From: Octopus sinensis
Lineage: Eukaryota
Direction of reading: 5' to 3'
Length of the DNA stretch: 64,000 nucleotides
NCBI RefSeq assembly: GCF_006345805.1
Contig: NC_043010.1
Span: 66,774,001-66,838,000 of the forward strand
Position 1 is the stretch's first letter. The number at the start of each line of letters is the position of its first letter. The notes beneath the pieces are model-generated. The model was not told the origin of the DNA. It did not search any database and worked only from the letters and a program-made list of their open reading frames with translations. Shown here piece by piece: positions 40,349 to 55,300 of this stretch. The translations under genes and the position numbers were made by a program.

Positions 40349-43300
40349 TTTAAAGTGCAACACAATAAGAAGAAGACTAAAGCAATGAAGTGGAAGTCTT
40401 ACTTGCTGATCACAACACCGAGAAGATAAAGTGTGGCTGTGAGTCCATCCTCAATGTCCATTGTGTCAAGAGCCGTGACCTGGAAATGTAAACAATTACA
40501 TGTATATGATTAATTATCCACAAAGTTGCAGGAACTTAATTGAAATTTTAACACTCAAACTATGTAACTTAATTTCATGGTTATTCCCATGGTGATGTTA
40601 AATATCTACAGAAACATAGAATTGGGTTTCTCTACAAATTAATTTCTTTATTGCTCACAGGGGAGGGCTAAACAGAGGGGACAAACAAGGGGATTAAGTC
40701 GATTACATCGACCCCAGTGCATAACTGGTACTTATTTAATCGTACCAGGCGGCGAGCTGGCAGAACTGTTAGCATGCCGGGCGAAATGCGTAGCCGTATT
40801 TCGCCTGCTGTTACGCTCTGAGTTCAAATTCCTCCGAGGTCGACTTTGCCGTTCATCCTTTTGGGGTCGATTAAATAAGTACCAGTTACACCCTGGGGTC
40901 GATGTAATCGACTTAATCCGTTTGTCCTCTCTGTATTTAGCCCCTTGTGGGTAGTAAAGAAATAGGTACTTATTTAATCGACCCCAAAAGGATGAAAGGT
41001 AAAGTCGACCTTGGCGGAATTTGAACTCAGAACGTAAAGTCAGACGAAATACCGCTAAGCATTTCACCCAGCATGCTAACGGTTCTGCCAGCTCGCCGCC
41101 TTTCTCTACAAATTGCATTGCCTCATAATAAACTTAACATACTTCAACAAAAGAGATTTTCGAGTGTGACGTTCTTCAATAAAAGACAGACTGGCATATA
41201 AAACCGCTTTCCACAATTGAGGGTAACGAAATCTTGCATGGATACATCAGATTTCGGTAGTAAAAGGGCCAAGGGGGCAAACAAGTTAAGCTATTTTTTT
41301 TTAGCCATCGTGCATGCCTATCTTATGCTAGGAAGGAAACAAAATGGATTTTAACCCTTTAGAATTCAGATTACTGTTAAACGTAATGCTTATTTAATCC
41401 CATCGTTTTGAATGAATTCTGCATTATTACATGGCCAGTGGCAAGTAAAAAGCACCAACCGATCGTGGCCGTTGCCAGCCTCGCCTGGCACCTGTGCCGG
41501 TGGCACGTAAAAAGCACCTACTACACTCATGGAGTGGTTAGCATTAGGAAAGGCATCCCGCTGTAGAAACACTGCCAGATCAGACTGGAATCTGGTGCAG
41601 CCTTCTGGCTTCCCAGACCCCGGCCGAACCGTCCAACCCATGCTAGCATGAAAAACGGATGTTAAACGATGATGATGTTCTTACAATGACATTGCAAGGT
41701 AGGTGCGAGATGCTGGACCTGGCTGGTCGAACATAAAACAGGTAGAAGATGCCTTCTCATAAGCATAAATGGTGGCATAGAAACATAAGTGTAAAATGTA
41801 GACGTCTTGGACTTACCAAAGCTGCAAAGTACTCAGTGTCCGTTTCTTTACCATCGTTTTCTTTGATCACTTCAGTGACAGCAGCAAGCACGGCAGCAAT
41901 CTGTCAAATAAAGAACACAAGACATCGTTTAAGAAATTCTTGAAACAACAACAACAACAGTAGCAATCCTTTCTAATAGAAGCAAAAATTGAAATTTTAG
42001 GAGAGAGGTTTAGTTGAGGACATCGATCCCCCAACCCAACCGGGTTCGACTGGTATGTAATTTATTGACCCTGAAACGAATGAAAGGCAAAGTCGACCTG
42101 GAAGGAATTTGAACTCAGAACGCAAGGATGGATGAAATACTGTTAAGCGTTTTGTATGGCATGCTAATGACTCTGCTAGCTGACCACCTTAACGATAATA
42201 ACAATAGTCCTTTCTACTATAGGCACCAGGCCTGAAATTTTGGGAGATGGGGGCTAGTTGATTACATTGAGCCCCAAAAGGATAAGGCAGAGCTGACCTT
42301 GGCCAGATTTGAATCCAGAATGTAAAAATGGATGAAACACAGATGGACCGCACTGCTGGCTCATTGCAACAACAACAACAATAATAATGATTTCAAATTT
42401 TAATACAAGGCCAGCAATTTCAGGGGAGAGTGTAAGTTGATTACAATCGACCGTAGTACACAACTGGTACTTACTTTATTGACCCTGAAAAAAATGAAAG
42501 ACAAAGTCGACCTTGGTGGAATTTGAACTCAGAGCATGAAGACGGGTGAAATATCGATAAGCATTTTCCCCTGACATGCTAACAATTCTGCCAGCTCACC
42601 ACCACCATAACAATAACAAGAGCACTCAGAGAGTGCAAACTTCCACCAAAGCAACACCAACATCCTTTCAACGATTAGCCAGAGATGATTTTTAAAATGA
42701 GAATGTCTGACATAAACTCAACTGCTCTCAAAATTAAGTAAAAAAAACGGAAAAATAATCCAGAATCCTTGTTCGGCACCAGATCGATCCCAAAATCTAA
42801 TCAGTTCATGCCAGTCATGAGGTCAAGCATCCCTGAAAGGTTCATCCGAATCCGCCCAGTGGTTCTTGAGATATCTTGTCCCCGGACAAACAAACATGAC
42901 TGAAAACAATACCTCCACCTTCGCTAAGGCGAGATAATAGTTAAGTTAATTTTTTTTGCTCAAAAAGCAAGGCCATGTAGGGGGACATGGAGTTATGTAC
43001 AGGGAGGGTGTTCATGCAAAACGTTCAGGCCATTTCTGGTCAAGAGAGACTTTGAACCGAGTGGTCCTCGGCATCTTCACTATCTTGTCCGGCAGCTTAT
43101 TCCACGGTTCCGCAACCCGGATGGAGAAAGCCCCTCTCCTTCGATTGAGATGAACTCGTCCCAGATAGAGCTTTTCGGAGTGACCCCGCAGCCGACGCTC
43201 TGGAGCAGGAGCGAAGAACACCTCTTTCGAGAGGTTACACTTTCCGCCTATGATGTTGTGAGCAAGAATGAGATCACCACGGCGTCGTCGTTTTTCTAGA

Positions 43301-46300
43301 GAATAAAGGTCGAGCGTCTTCAGCCTTTCTTCATAAGACAAATGCTTGAGACCAAGAACCATGCGGGTAGCCAGCTTCTGGACTCTTTCGAGATGATGTA
43401 TGTCTTCGAGGAGATAAGGAGAAGAGGCTTGAATCCCGTACTCCAATATAGGTCTCACCAGCATGACATAATAATGGTTTCTAATTTTGGTACAAGATCA
43501 CAAACCATGAAAGATAATACAATTCCAGTCATTAATATTTCTCTGGTTTCTGAATTCCATTAATGTTCTGCAATGCTAAAAATAATAGAGTAACAAAGCA
43601 ATCACAAACTTGGTGGACAGATGCAGGTATATAGAGGTTGGCTAGATGGGTTTACATATCATCTAGCAGTATCGCCCAGCGTTGCTCGGATTTGTTTCCA
43701 CCCTTTAGAATTGGAATTTTTGAAAAGTAAAAATTTTGCATTATGTAGCTTGTTATTCTCTTTAAGTGAACGTTTTTCTGGTTGAAATACACCGAAAAAA
43801 TGGCGACACAGCAGTCAAAACATAGTAAAAAATAGGGATTTGCATAGGAAAAAAAAAAGCACCTTTTTGATGTAAATAATTTTTGGTGTTAACATGGTCC
43901 GATTTGAATTTTTTCTTCTACGGAATGAAGAGCAAGCCTTCTTCTATCATACTCTCAATTTTGGTCAACTTGCGCCGCAGGGTCTCGGAGGAAATAGTGT
44001 TAATTGAAAGCTACCAAACCTGCCATACACAGACAAGTTCAGCTTTATAAATATATATAGAGATAACAGAATAAAGAACAAAAATGATCCATTATCAATA
44101 TTTTTCCAATCATGAAAGATAAGCTTGGTTAGTTGTTATATCTTCATGGTTTCCCTTGGTTTCTCTTGGAGATTCTGCCATTTCTGTGTGGTGCTGGTGG
44201 TGGTGGTGGTGTGCTGCTGTGAGGATTAGCAGGATTCAGTAGTGTTGGGAGTATAGGTGGCACTGGAGATTGAAAGTTAGCAATAACAGAAACCTTACTT
44301 CAGGAGGTCAGATGATTAAGGGCTGACAAAGAAGCTGGTGATGTCAGCCCAATGATAACATTATCCGGATTAACAAAAATGCTTGAGGATGAATAAGATC
44401 AACACATACCCAGTACTTTGTATGTATTCCCAGTCCACATATAATCTTTCCCAAAGCTATAATTCAAACCATTTATCACAAAGAGTGTATTTAACTCTTT
44501 AGCATTCAGATCGTTTTAAATTACTCATACATATATATATATATATCCACACATGCACACACATATATCCATAAATGTGCCGGTGGCATGTAAAAGCACA
44601 CACTACACTCTTGGAGTGGTTGGCATTAGGAAGGGCATCCAGCTGTACAAACTCTGCCAGATCAGATTGGAGTCTGGTGTAGCCATCTGGTTCGCCAGCA
44701 CTCAGTCAAATCGTCTAACCCATGACGATGATGATGATGATGATCAAGATGGCTTTCAACAATGTTTTGTTCTTTATAACTTTGTTAAATTCTTTTACAT
44801 GCAAATTTGAAATGTTGTCACATGGTGTTTAACTCTTTAGTACTCAAACTGGCCATATCCAGCCCAAAATATTCTACCCGCTCTATGTTCAAACTGGCCA
44901 GATCTGGCATGTCACACCCACCCTACAATTCTAAGAATAAACACCCACATCATCAAAATCTCAAAGCTACAAGATAATTTGAATGCTAAAGGGTTAAATA
45001 TCAATGATTCACAATTACGTGGATTTAATAGGGCCACTGACATGTATTGGTGTTGTATTGTTTAACTATCATCAACATCATCGTTTAACGTCTGCTTTCC
45101 ATGCCAGCATGGGTTGGATGATTTGACTGAGTGCTGGTGAACCAGATGGGTGCACCAGACTCCAATCTGATCTGACAGAGTTTCTACAGCTGGATGCCCT
45201 TCCTAATGCCAACCACTCTGAGAGTGTAGTGGGTGCTTTTATGTGCCACCAGCATGAGGGCCAGTCAGGTGGTACTGGCAACGGCCACGCTCAAATGGTG
45301 CTTTCTATGTGCCACCTGCACAGGAGGCAGTCTAGCGGCACTGGCAATGACCTCACTCGAATGTTTTTTCATGTGCCACCATCCATAATAATTTGAATGG
45401 CATCTGGAAGATCTCCATCACTTCTCTCAAAATACTCATTTTAATTCAAACTAAATTTGCTATATTTTGAGCAGGCATCAACGCATCACAAGGAGCAACA
45501 GCATCAGCACAAACAGGAGGTTTTTGCCTCATTGTTTGTCTGTCCGTCTTTGATAACAGCCCTAATATCTCCTTTTATCAGGAATGATGATGTAGAGACG
45601 AACAGTTAACAGTGTTGGGGAGCAGAAAGATTAAAGTTGAAGTAGAGACAAAACGTTAGCTGACATGGAGGACTGGAAGCCACCTGAATATTGGAAAAGT
45701 GTTACCTGTATCATGATAATTCACAACAGATATCAAAATGCTGACACCATGATTGCTTCTCCATGCTTTGTGAACACTGTAAGACGTGATATGGACAGCA
45801 AGCGAGACTGCAAAGCCGTGGTCAGCAGGGAAGGACACAGCAGGCATTCTGACGACATCTGCGCACCAGAATTTATACAACTGCAGGACAAGGTAAAGGA
45901 AGATCCAAGCAAGGGGTGTGAAAGACAAATTCTGACAGCCAAGGAGAACCACTTGATGAAAGCAAAGAAGCTCCTGAACAAGCCGAGGCATCTAGCTGAG
46001 CTGGGGTACTTCTCAGATGGAAAGAAATTCTACCAGGACCAGTTGCACAACATCCATAACAACAGGTGGCTTGCCTACAATCCATGTGATGCCTCACATC
46101 TGAAAACCAAGTTCCACCAAATTGCGATTAATCTTTGAGTGCGTCTTCAGTGAAGATGAAGTCATGCTGCCCCCTCATCTTTTAAAAGGGCCTTGGGCTA
46201 AATTCTGGCAGCTATGTGAAGCTGTTGGAAACTGTGGTCAAACCCTGGCTGGAGAGGGTTACTACTGGAAGGCCATATGTGTGACTGCAGCATTCAGCTC

Positions 46301-49300
46301 CTTGCCATACTTCTGAAAAGAGTCACATATATATGGTTGTTTCTATGACTTCACCAGCCCCAATTTCTGGTCTCCTAATTCCTCTGAATGTAATCCTAGG
46401 CAGCATGGTTGAGAAAGGACCAACTGTCCTGCTTACAACACCAAGGCTAAGCTGGTGGCCAAGATGAAGGCAGCGGTGAGTTGGCAGAAACTTTAGCATG
46501 CCGGGCGAAATGCTTAGCAGTATTTCATCTGCTGTTACATTCTGAGTTCAAATTCCGCAGAGGTCAACTTTGCCTTTCATCCTTTTGGGGTCGATAAATT
46601 AAGTACCAGTCACGTACTGGGGTCGATATAATTGACTTAATCCTATTGTCTGTCCTCTCTGTGTTTAGCCCCTTGTGGGTAGTAAAGAAATAGATATTTC
46701 GTCTGCCGTTACGTTCTGAGTTCAAATTCCGCCATGGTCGACTTTGTCTTTCATCCTTTCAGGGTCGATCAAATAAGTACCAGTTACACACTAGATTCGA
46801 TATAATCGACTTCATCCGTTTGTCTGTCCTCTCTGTGTTTAACCCCTTGTGGATAGTAAAGAAATAGGTATTTCGTCTGCTGTTACGTTCTGAGTTCAAA
46901 TTCCGCCGAGGTCGACTTTGCCTTTCATCCTTTCAGGGTCGATTAAATACCAGTTACGCACTGGGGTCGATGTAATCGCCAATCCCTTTGTCTGTCCTTG
47001 TTTGCCCCCTCTATGTTTAGCCCCTTGTGGTCAATAAAGAAATAAGATGAAGAAGACATTTGAAGATCTTCACAGGGACACAGTGAGGAATCCATGTGCT
47101 AGGTTCTGGAGTTGTCTTAAGGCCATGGTGGAAGCTGAGGGAGGGTGGCTACTTCCTGTAAACTTATCTCCCAGCCATAATCTAGTTGATATCTTTTGAT
47201 TCTTTTAAAAACATTAATTTTTGAGCAGGATATTGTGTTTTATTTTCCTTTAATGCAAAAAGTCAAATCTAGTCTGAACATCATCATCATCTTCGTTTAG
47301 CATGGGTTGGACGGTTCGACCGGGCTCTGGGAAGCCAGGAGGCTGCACCAGGCTCCAGTCTGATCTGGCAGTTGTTTCTACAGCTGGATGCCCTTCCTAA
47401 CACCAACCACTCCATGAGTGTAGTGGGTGCTTTTTACGTGCCAGCACAGAGGCCAGAGCAGGCTGGCAAACGGCCACGAATGGCTGATGCTTTTAACGTG
47501 TCACTGACATGGACGCCAGTCAGGCGACGCTGGCATCTGCCACGTTTGGACGGTGCTTTTTATGTATCACCGGCACAGGTATCATGCAAAGACAACTCAC
47601 TATAATTACTTTTTCTGTTCTACACTGTATAAATCTTCAAATGTAAATCCTTCCGAGCTACTTGCTGAAGCCATATCACTAATTACCTGACAACTGGTGT
47701 TTGTTCGTTTACATCCCTGTAAATTAGCTGTTCACCAAAAGAGACGATAGGATAAGAACCAGACTTTGAAAATAATTATTGAGGTGGATCTGTTCAACTA
47801 AACCCTTTAAGACTGCTCCAGCATGGCTACAGCTCAATGACAAACAAGTAAAAAATATAACATAGCTTTACCTAAATTAGGCCCAACAAAAGCCTTTAGT
47901 TTTTATTCTTTTTCTTTCTTTTTTTATATTTATTCTTTTACTTGTTTCAGTCATTTGACTGCGGCCATGCTGGAGCACCACCTTTAGTCGAGCAAGTCGA
48001 CCCCGGGACTTATTCTTTGTAAGCCCAGTACTTATTCTACCAGTCTCTTTTGCCGAACCGCTAAGTGACGGGGACATAAACACACCAGCATCGGTTGTCA
48101 AGCAATGCTAGGGGGACAAACACACACACACATATATATATATATACATATATACGACAGGCTTCTTTCAGTTTCCGTCTACCAAATCCACTCACAAGGC
48201 TTTGGTCGGCCCGGGGCTATAGCAGAAGACACTTGCCCAAGATGCCATGCAGTGGGACTGAACCCGGAACCATGTGGTTGGTTAGCAAGCTACTTACCAC
48301 ACGGCCACTCCTGCGCCTGTTTCTTCACTGTTTGTTGTAGACTCATATGTGGAGAGGTTTGCTTGATAAGGTACACAGATGAATAGCCTAGTTTCATTAC
48401 AAATAAGACCCTTCTCTACAGTCAGTTCACAAGAATACTGGGGAAACTGTTTTCTCAAGATCAACCTTTTTCAGTAAATGTGCTCCTTGCTTAAACAAAT
48501 CTCTGGAGTAGTGGTTCTCAACCAGGGTCGATGTGGTCCGTCGGAGTTCATAGAGTTTTTTTTGTAAAAGTTGTGGCACAGGGGCCAGGAGGCTGGCAAC
48601 GTCCATGATCGGTTGGTGCTTTTTACGTGCCACTGGCCCTATATATAAATATATATAATATAAAGTCATTAGTTCCCAAACTATTTCGGGCTGCCACCCC
48701 CTTCGCACCCAGGCCATTTTCCTAGTGCCCCCCCCCCCCGACCTCTTTCTGAAGCAGATTCAAAACAGCTTCATTTCACAAATAAAACATAACCTAATGA
48801 ACTTATCAGTTTGTTGTTTTTACACAAATTGCCCCTTTTTGGCTACACAGTTACCCCATTTTTTGTCAACGACTCCTTGGAACTTTCCACCTCCCCCAGG
48901 TGGGGCAGTACCGCCCACTTTGGGAACCGCTATTTAAGTACTATCAAGTCATCACCATCATCATCGTTTAACATCCGTTTTTCATGCTAGCATGAGTTGG
49001 ATGGTTCAACCGGGGTCTGGGAAGCCAGGAGGCTGCACCAGGCTCCAGTCTGATCTGGCAGTTGTTTCTACAGCTGGATGCCCTTACTAGCGCCAACCAC
49101 TCCGTAAGTGTAGTGGGTGCTTTTTACGTACCACCGGCACAGAAGCCAGTCAAGGCAGTGCTGGCACCAGCCACATTCAGATGGTACTTTTTACGTGCCA
49201 CTGGCACAGGTATCACAACTACAATTTCCATTTGATTTTCATGTTGATGTTGATGTACTTGACTTAATAGGTCTCCTCAAGCACAGCAGGTCATCCTACG

Positions 49301-52300
49301 ATCCAAGGTACTTTGTGAAACTGGTGCAGGAAACAGCTATGGACTCACGTTATTTGTTGGGTCTTCACAGTCACAGCTTATCTCCAGAGATCTGTGTATA
49401 TAACTAACATATTCTATGGCCTTTCTATTAAGAGACCTTGCTACTGTAATTATGAAAGCAACAACAGTAGACGCATCATTTCTCGCTTTGTTGAGTATTT
49501 TACTAAGTCAGGGTTTAGTCTGAACAGTTCCTTTGTCCTATTAACCCTTTAGCATTCAGATTATTCCGTCAAATCGATGCTTATTTATTCACATTGGTTT
49601 GAACTACCGTAAATCTGCATTTTTTCCTTAAAATAATCATCCATAACTTGCAATAAGCAACATTTATTAAACGTTATTTCTTTATTTTCTGCAAACAAAA
49701 TGCACAAAAAAGCTGCACGTTTGCATTATGTTATATATACAATAATAATAATAAAGGACGTTACTATATACAGTTTTACAAACCAAGGATGTTACATATA
49801 CCTCCTTGACTCAAGTAAGAGAAGGGGTGCGTATTATACACAAGGTTTAGGTTTTTCAGAGATATAGTCCCCTAAAAATCCCCTATCGTAAATCAAGGAT
49901 TTACGATATGCATTATCTGCTAACTTTGAGGTTTTGATGATGCATGTATTTATTTTTAGAATGACATCATAGGAGAGGCACAAGAGGTAGGATCTGGGCT
50001 CTTAAACATGAAACAGGTAGAATATTTGGGCTGAAAGTAGCTGGTTCAAATGCTATAGGCTCTTTTTTTTATTAAAAAAATTTTTTTTTTTACATGTTCT
50101 TAAAGTAACAACATTCCCTTTTGATGCAAGAAGAAGCTCAAATATATTAGCAAATTTTGGGACAAACTGGCCCTAATAGTTTATCAAGTCTAAATATTTT
50201 TCAATTTGATTTTCTTTTTCTTGATTTAGGGAAACTAATCTGTTGAAATTTCAGAGATATCCGACAAGTGATTTCATCTGAGGTTGTGTGTTGAAATTAA
50301 AGAAATTACAGCAGGGAAGACATATGTTAGCCATTCAACAGTTGCACTGACAGTGACTAGGTTGTAGATAGTGCAATGAACATTGTGATAAAAAACAATA
50401 ATTAAGTGAAGTTAAGGCGTAGGAGTGGCTGTGTGGTAAGTAGCTTGCTTACCAACCACATGGTTCAGGGTTCAGTCCCACTGCGTGGCAACTTGGGCAA
50501 GTGTCTTCTACTATAGCCTCAGGCTGACCAAAGCCTTGTGAGTGGATTTACTTAGCAGCAGGATGTGTCTTTTAGAATATCTGCATTGGTTAACCTAAAG
50601 ATATAAAGACTATTGACCTCAACAAAGGTGAAGTGCTCAGTTTGCTTTCTAGAGTTGTGAATTGGTGGAGTTGTAACCTGTCTAGACACAAATGCCTTGC
50701 CATATTTGTTTAGTGTATGTGCTCTCAGTTCAGATCCTGCTGAGATTATCATCATTGTGTTAACCCTTTGGCATTTAATCTGGCTAGGTCCAACCTCTCA
50801 CGCCTATGTCATTCTAAAAATATAAAAACATATCATTGAGACCTTGAAGCTAGATGATGCTTGATTAATTCAAAACAATATGAATAAATAAGCAATACAT
50901 TTGACAAAGAAATCTAAATGCTAAAGGGTTGATGCCCACTTTTTCACACTCATAGATTGGACACAGTTTATTTAGAAGGAAACTGAAAGAAGCCCATTGT
51001 GTACTTATGTATCATCATCATTGTTTAACGTCTGTTTTCCATGCTAGCATGGGTTGGACGGTTCAACTGGGGCCTGGGAAGCCAGAATGCTGCGCCAGGC
51101 CCAGTTTGATCTGGCAGTGTTTCTACAGCTGGATGCCCTTCCTAATGCCAAGCACTGTATGTATATATATATATATAGGTGCAGGAGTGACTGTGTGGTA
51201 AGTAGATTGCTTACCAACCACATAGTTCGGGTTCAGTCCCACTGCGTGACACCTTGGGCAAGTGTCTTCTTGCTATAGCCTTGGGCCGACCAAAGCCTTG
51301 AGAGAGGATTTGGTAGACAAAAACCGAATGTGTGTGTGTGTTTATGTCCCTGTAACTTAGTGGTTCAGCAAAAGAGACCGATAGAACAAGTCCTGGGGAT
51401 CAATTTGCTCGACTAAAAGCGGTGCTCCAGCATGGCCGCAGTCAATGACTGAAACAAAACAAAATAAAAGAATATATACGTGTGAGTTTGTGCAGCACAT
51501 GTGGCATTTCGTTTGACCTTACATTCCGAGTTCAAATTCTAGCAAGGTTGATTTTTGTCTTTCATCCTTTTGGGGTCAATAAAGTAAGTACCAGTTGATC
51601 ACAGGAGTCAATGCAATTGACTTACCACCTCCCCCCAAAATTACTGGCTTTGTACCAAAATGAAACACCAGATGAATTTTCCCAAGCCTCAAAACATTAA
51701 CACCTCTAAATATCAAGATGAATTAATGAGAGATATTCTCTCTTACTCTTTTACTTGTTTCAGTCATTTGACTGTGGCCATGCTGGAGCACCGCCTTTAA
51801 TCGAGCAACTCGACCCCGGGACTTATTCTTTGTAAGCCCAGTATTTATTCTATCGGTCTCTTTTGCTGAACCGCTAAGTTACGGGGACATAAACACACCT
51901 GTATCGGTTGTCAAGCAATGCTAGGGGGACAAACAGAGACACACACATATATATATACACATATATACGACGGGCTTCTTTCAGTTTCCGTCTACCAAAT
52001 CCACTCACAAGGCTTTGGTCGGCCTGAGGCTATAGTAGAAGACACTTGCCCAAATTGCCACGCAGTGGGACTGAACCCGGAACCACGTGGTTGGTAAACA
52101 AGCTACTTACCACACAGCCACTCCATAATTCAGTTTCTGGTGATTTATATACATCAATAATTATTTTTCAGTCATCATCATTCAACATCTATCCACTATT
52201 CTAAGCCTGCATGGATCAGTTGAAATTTGTTGAGGCAGGTTTTTATGACTGGATGCTCTTTCTGTCACTAACCCTCACCTATTTCCAAAAATAACATTTC

Positions 52301-55300
52301 ATTATATTGGTCATAAGTAAAAATCTTTATCTCTAAATTCTATATTTTCCTCCTTTTCACACTCCTAAAATGTCTACAACTTTTGGTTCAAATATATTGA
52401 TTAACCATCTGAGTGTGATCATTGCCAGGGCCATGGATTGGCTCCCGCGCCGGTGACATGTGAAAAGCACCATTCAAGAGTGATTGCTGCCAGCATCACC
52501 TTATCAGCACATGAAAAACAATATTTTAGCATGGACGTTTCCATGGACTGGCTCCTGTGCAGGTAGCACGTAAAAACACCTTTTGAGCATGGTCTTTGCC
52601 AGAACCGCCTGCCTGACCCCCGTGCCTATGGAACATAAAAGCACCCACTACACACTTGGAGTGGTTGGCATTAGGAAGGGCATCCAGCTGTAGAAACTTT
52701 GTCAGATCAGACTGAGCCAGGTGCAGCCTCTGGCTCACCAGTCCTCAGTTAAACCGTCCAACCCATGCCAGCATGGAAAACGGACACTAAACGATGATGA
52801 TGATTATAGCCTGACATGTTTTTCATGGAAGACTAGAAACAAACCTGTCTTGTCCTGAGACAGCATTCACCTGGGGTGGGTTGAGCTAGCTTCATCTCTC
52901 ACAAACGCCGACCAGACATGGCGATTTGAGGCTAACGACCGCATGATCTCCAACCACTCCCTATTCCAGTGGCGAACGCTTTAGATATGGGGGCCTAGGT
53001 TGGGTTCCAGATCGGCCTTGACTGTCATCAGCCAGGTTTTTCGTTGTCCACCACATCGCTTTCGCCACTGGAAACAAACAACCTCACATGTAGGATGGTG
53101 ATGCTCATTTACAACTATCACATGATGTCAAGACAAGGGTGTACGCACAAACATACACACATCTTTTACTTGTTTCAGTATTTGGACTGTGGTCATGCTG
53201 GGGCACTATCTTGAAAGGTTTAGTTGGACAACTCAACATATGAATAAAAGTTCCAGTCCAAGTCAAACTCCACATAAATACACGAAATAATGTTTTACTT
53301 TTCATCCAGAAACAGTAAATAATTGAATGCTTTAGACAAAAACTACAGGTGCAAGGATGGCTGTGTGGTAAGAAGCTTGCTTCTCAACCACATGAGTCTG
53401 GGTTCATTCCCACTGCACAGTAACTCGGGCAAGTGTCTTCTACTGCAGCCTCAGTCCAAACAAAGTCTTGTGAGTGGATCTGGTAGATGGAAACTGAAAG
53501 AATCCTCTGTGTGTGTGTGTGTGTGTCTTTGTGCCTGTATTTGACAACCAGTGTTGGTGCATAACTTAGCAGTTTGGCAAAATGGACTGATAGAATAAAT
53601 ACCAGGCTTAAAAATTGATTCATTCAACTAAAAGAAATTCTTCACAGTAGAGCCCCAACATGGCCACATTCTAATGACAGAAAAGGAAAAAGATAAAAAT
53701 GCTTTAGATATAAACTACAGTTTGATAATTGTTCCATGACTAATTACTTGGCCGAGGGCTTCAAAATCAACCAAACTGCTTAATTTTCTTTGAATAACAT
53801 TCTGGTGTCTTAAGAAGAAGAAAAAAAAAAATGATACACTGGTTGATATAGTCCTAGATATATTGTGTCTGAATAAAAGACATTACTGGGATACCTCTGG
53901 TCAGAGGTTTGTACATCTGACATGGAGGTTAACACAATAGCAATGGCAACAACATTTGAGCAAGGTTCACTAAGATTAAAGTACAACAAAATAATATTCT
54001 CAGACTCATAGGTGGAAATTTACAATCTTCATTCAATAGTGCTGTTGATATTACTATTGTGAATAATGAAGAAATACATAGGACAGCCATACAAATCTAT
54101 AATATAAATTGGACATGGGCGATCGTTGTATTCCTTCTTGTCTTGAGGTTTACAGCCAAATGGCTGGGTGGATTCACATGAAAAATGGCACACATGTAGA
54201 GACGGGTGCATAGATTGGAATGCAGTTTGTTGTTTTTTCCTAATCCCCAAACTTACTGAGAAAAATCGATTAAAACTTTTTCTAATGGAATTTCCCTCTT
54301 TCTTCTGCCATCAAAACAACCAGTTGTTTAGAAGCTGTTTTCTGACGAGGGTGGGGTCAGGAAATTTTTTGTATAGCTGGAGGCTCCAATCGAAACAGGG
54401 GACCCAAAATGATAAGGTTGACAAATGCTGTTATAGATTATGCCTAACCGAAAACGATCACAGCCACATCATCCAAAGAGACCGGGTGAAACTGGGCTTA
54501 GCTGCTAGTTATATATATATGAGGAAAAGGAGGCAGTCAGAATTTTGGATAATTCTTTATTAGAGCTTTCGGTTGATAGCCGGACTCTTCAAGACAAAAA
54601 TTTTGTTTTTTAATTTTTGTCTTGAAGAATTTGGTTAATGAACATAAGCATTAATAAAGAATTATCTAAAATTCCGACTGCCTCCTTTATCTCAATTTAT
54701 ATACATAATAAAAGAGAGTTTGTATGTGCATGGCTTATGGGGTATCAAAAGATTCAGTAATCTTTCAGCTACCAAATAAACTTTATTTTCATTTACATAC
54801 TTTCCACGTTATCTCAACAACCAGCTTTATTTGAAAGACAATGCTCTACAATGACCAGGTTTCATTAGAAAGTGAAAGTAATTTCACACTTTCACTTTGA
54901 ACCAAAATTACAAAGTGTTGCATTACGAGAGTGACAGTGTGCAAATAATGAAAGTAATGTTTCTCCGAATTAGTCACATCTGCATTATAATAAAGAAAGC
55001 CGCTTATCATCTATCTATATATATATTGGGTCATCCTGTAAGCAATGTGTTTTTTTCAACTGCATGAACTAAAAGTCAAAGGGGGACAGGATAAACTACC
55101 TACATCAACTTGCTATAAAAGCAGGTAGTAATTTTACCATGCTCTTATTCTTGGTGCAAGTTTTGAAGAGTGCAGTTCGATTTTTAACAGTTATTTTTTT
55201 CAAAGTTATAATGGAAGTGACAAAGGTGTATATTTGGCATATTTTGCTTTCTGAGTTCAATAAAGGCAACAACGCAACGGAAAGTGTGAGGAATATTAAT

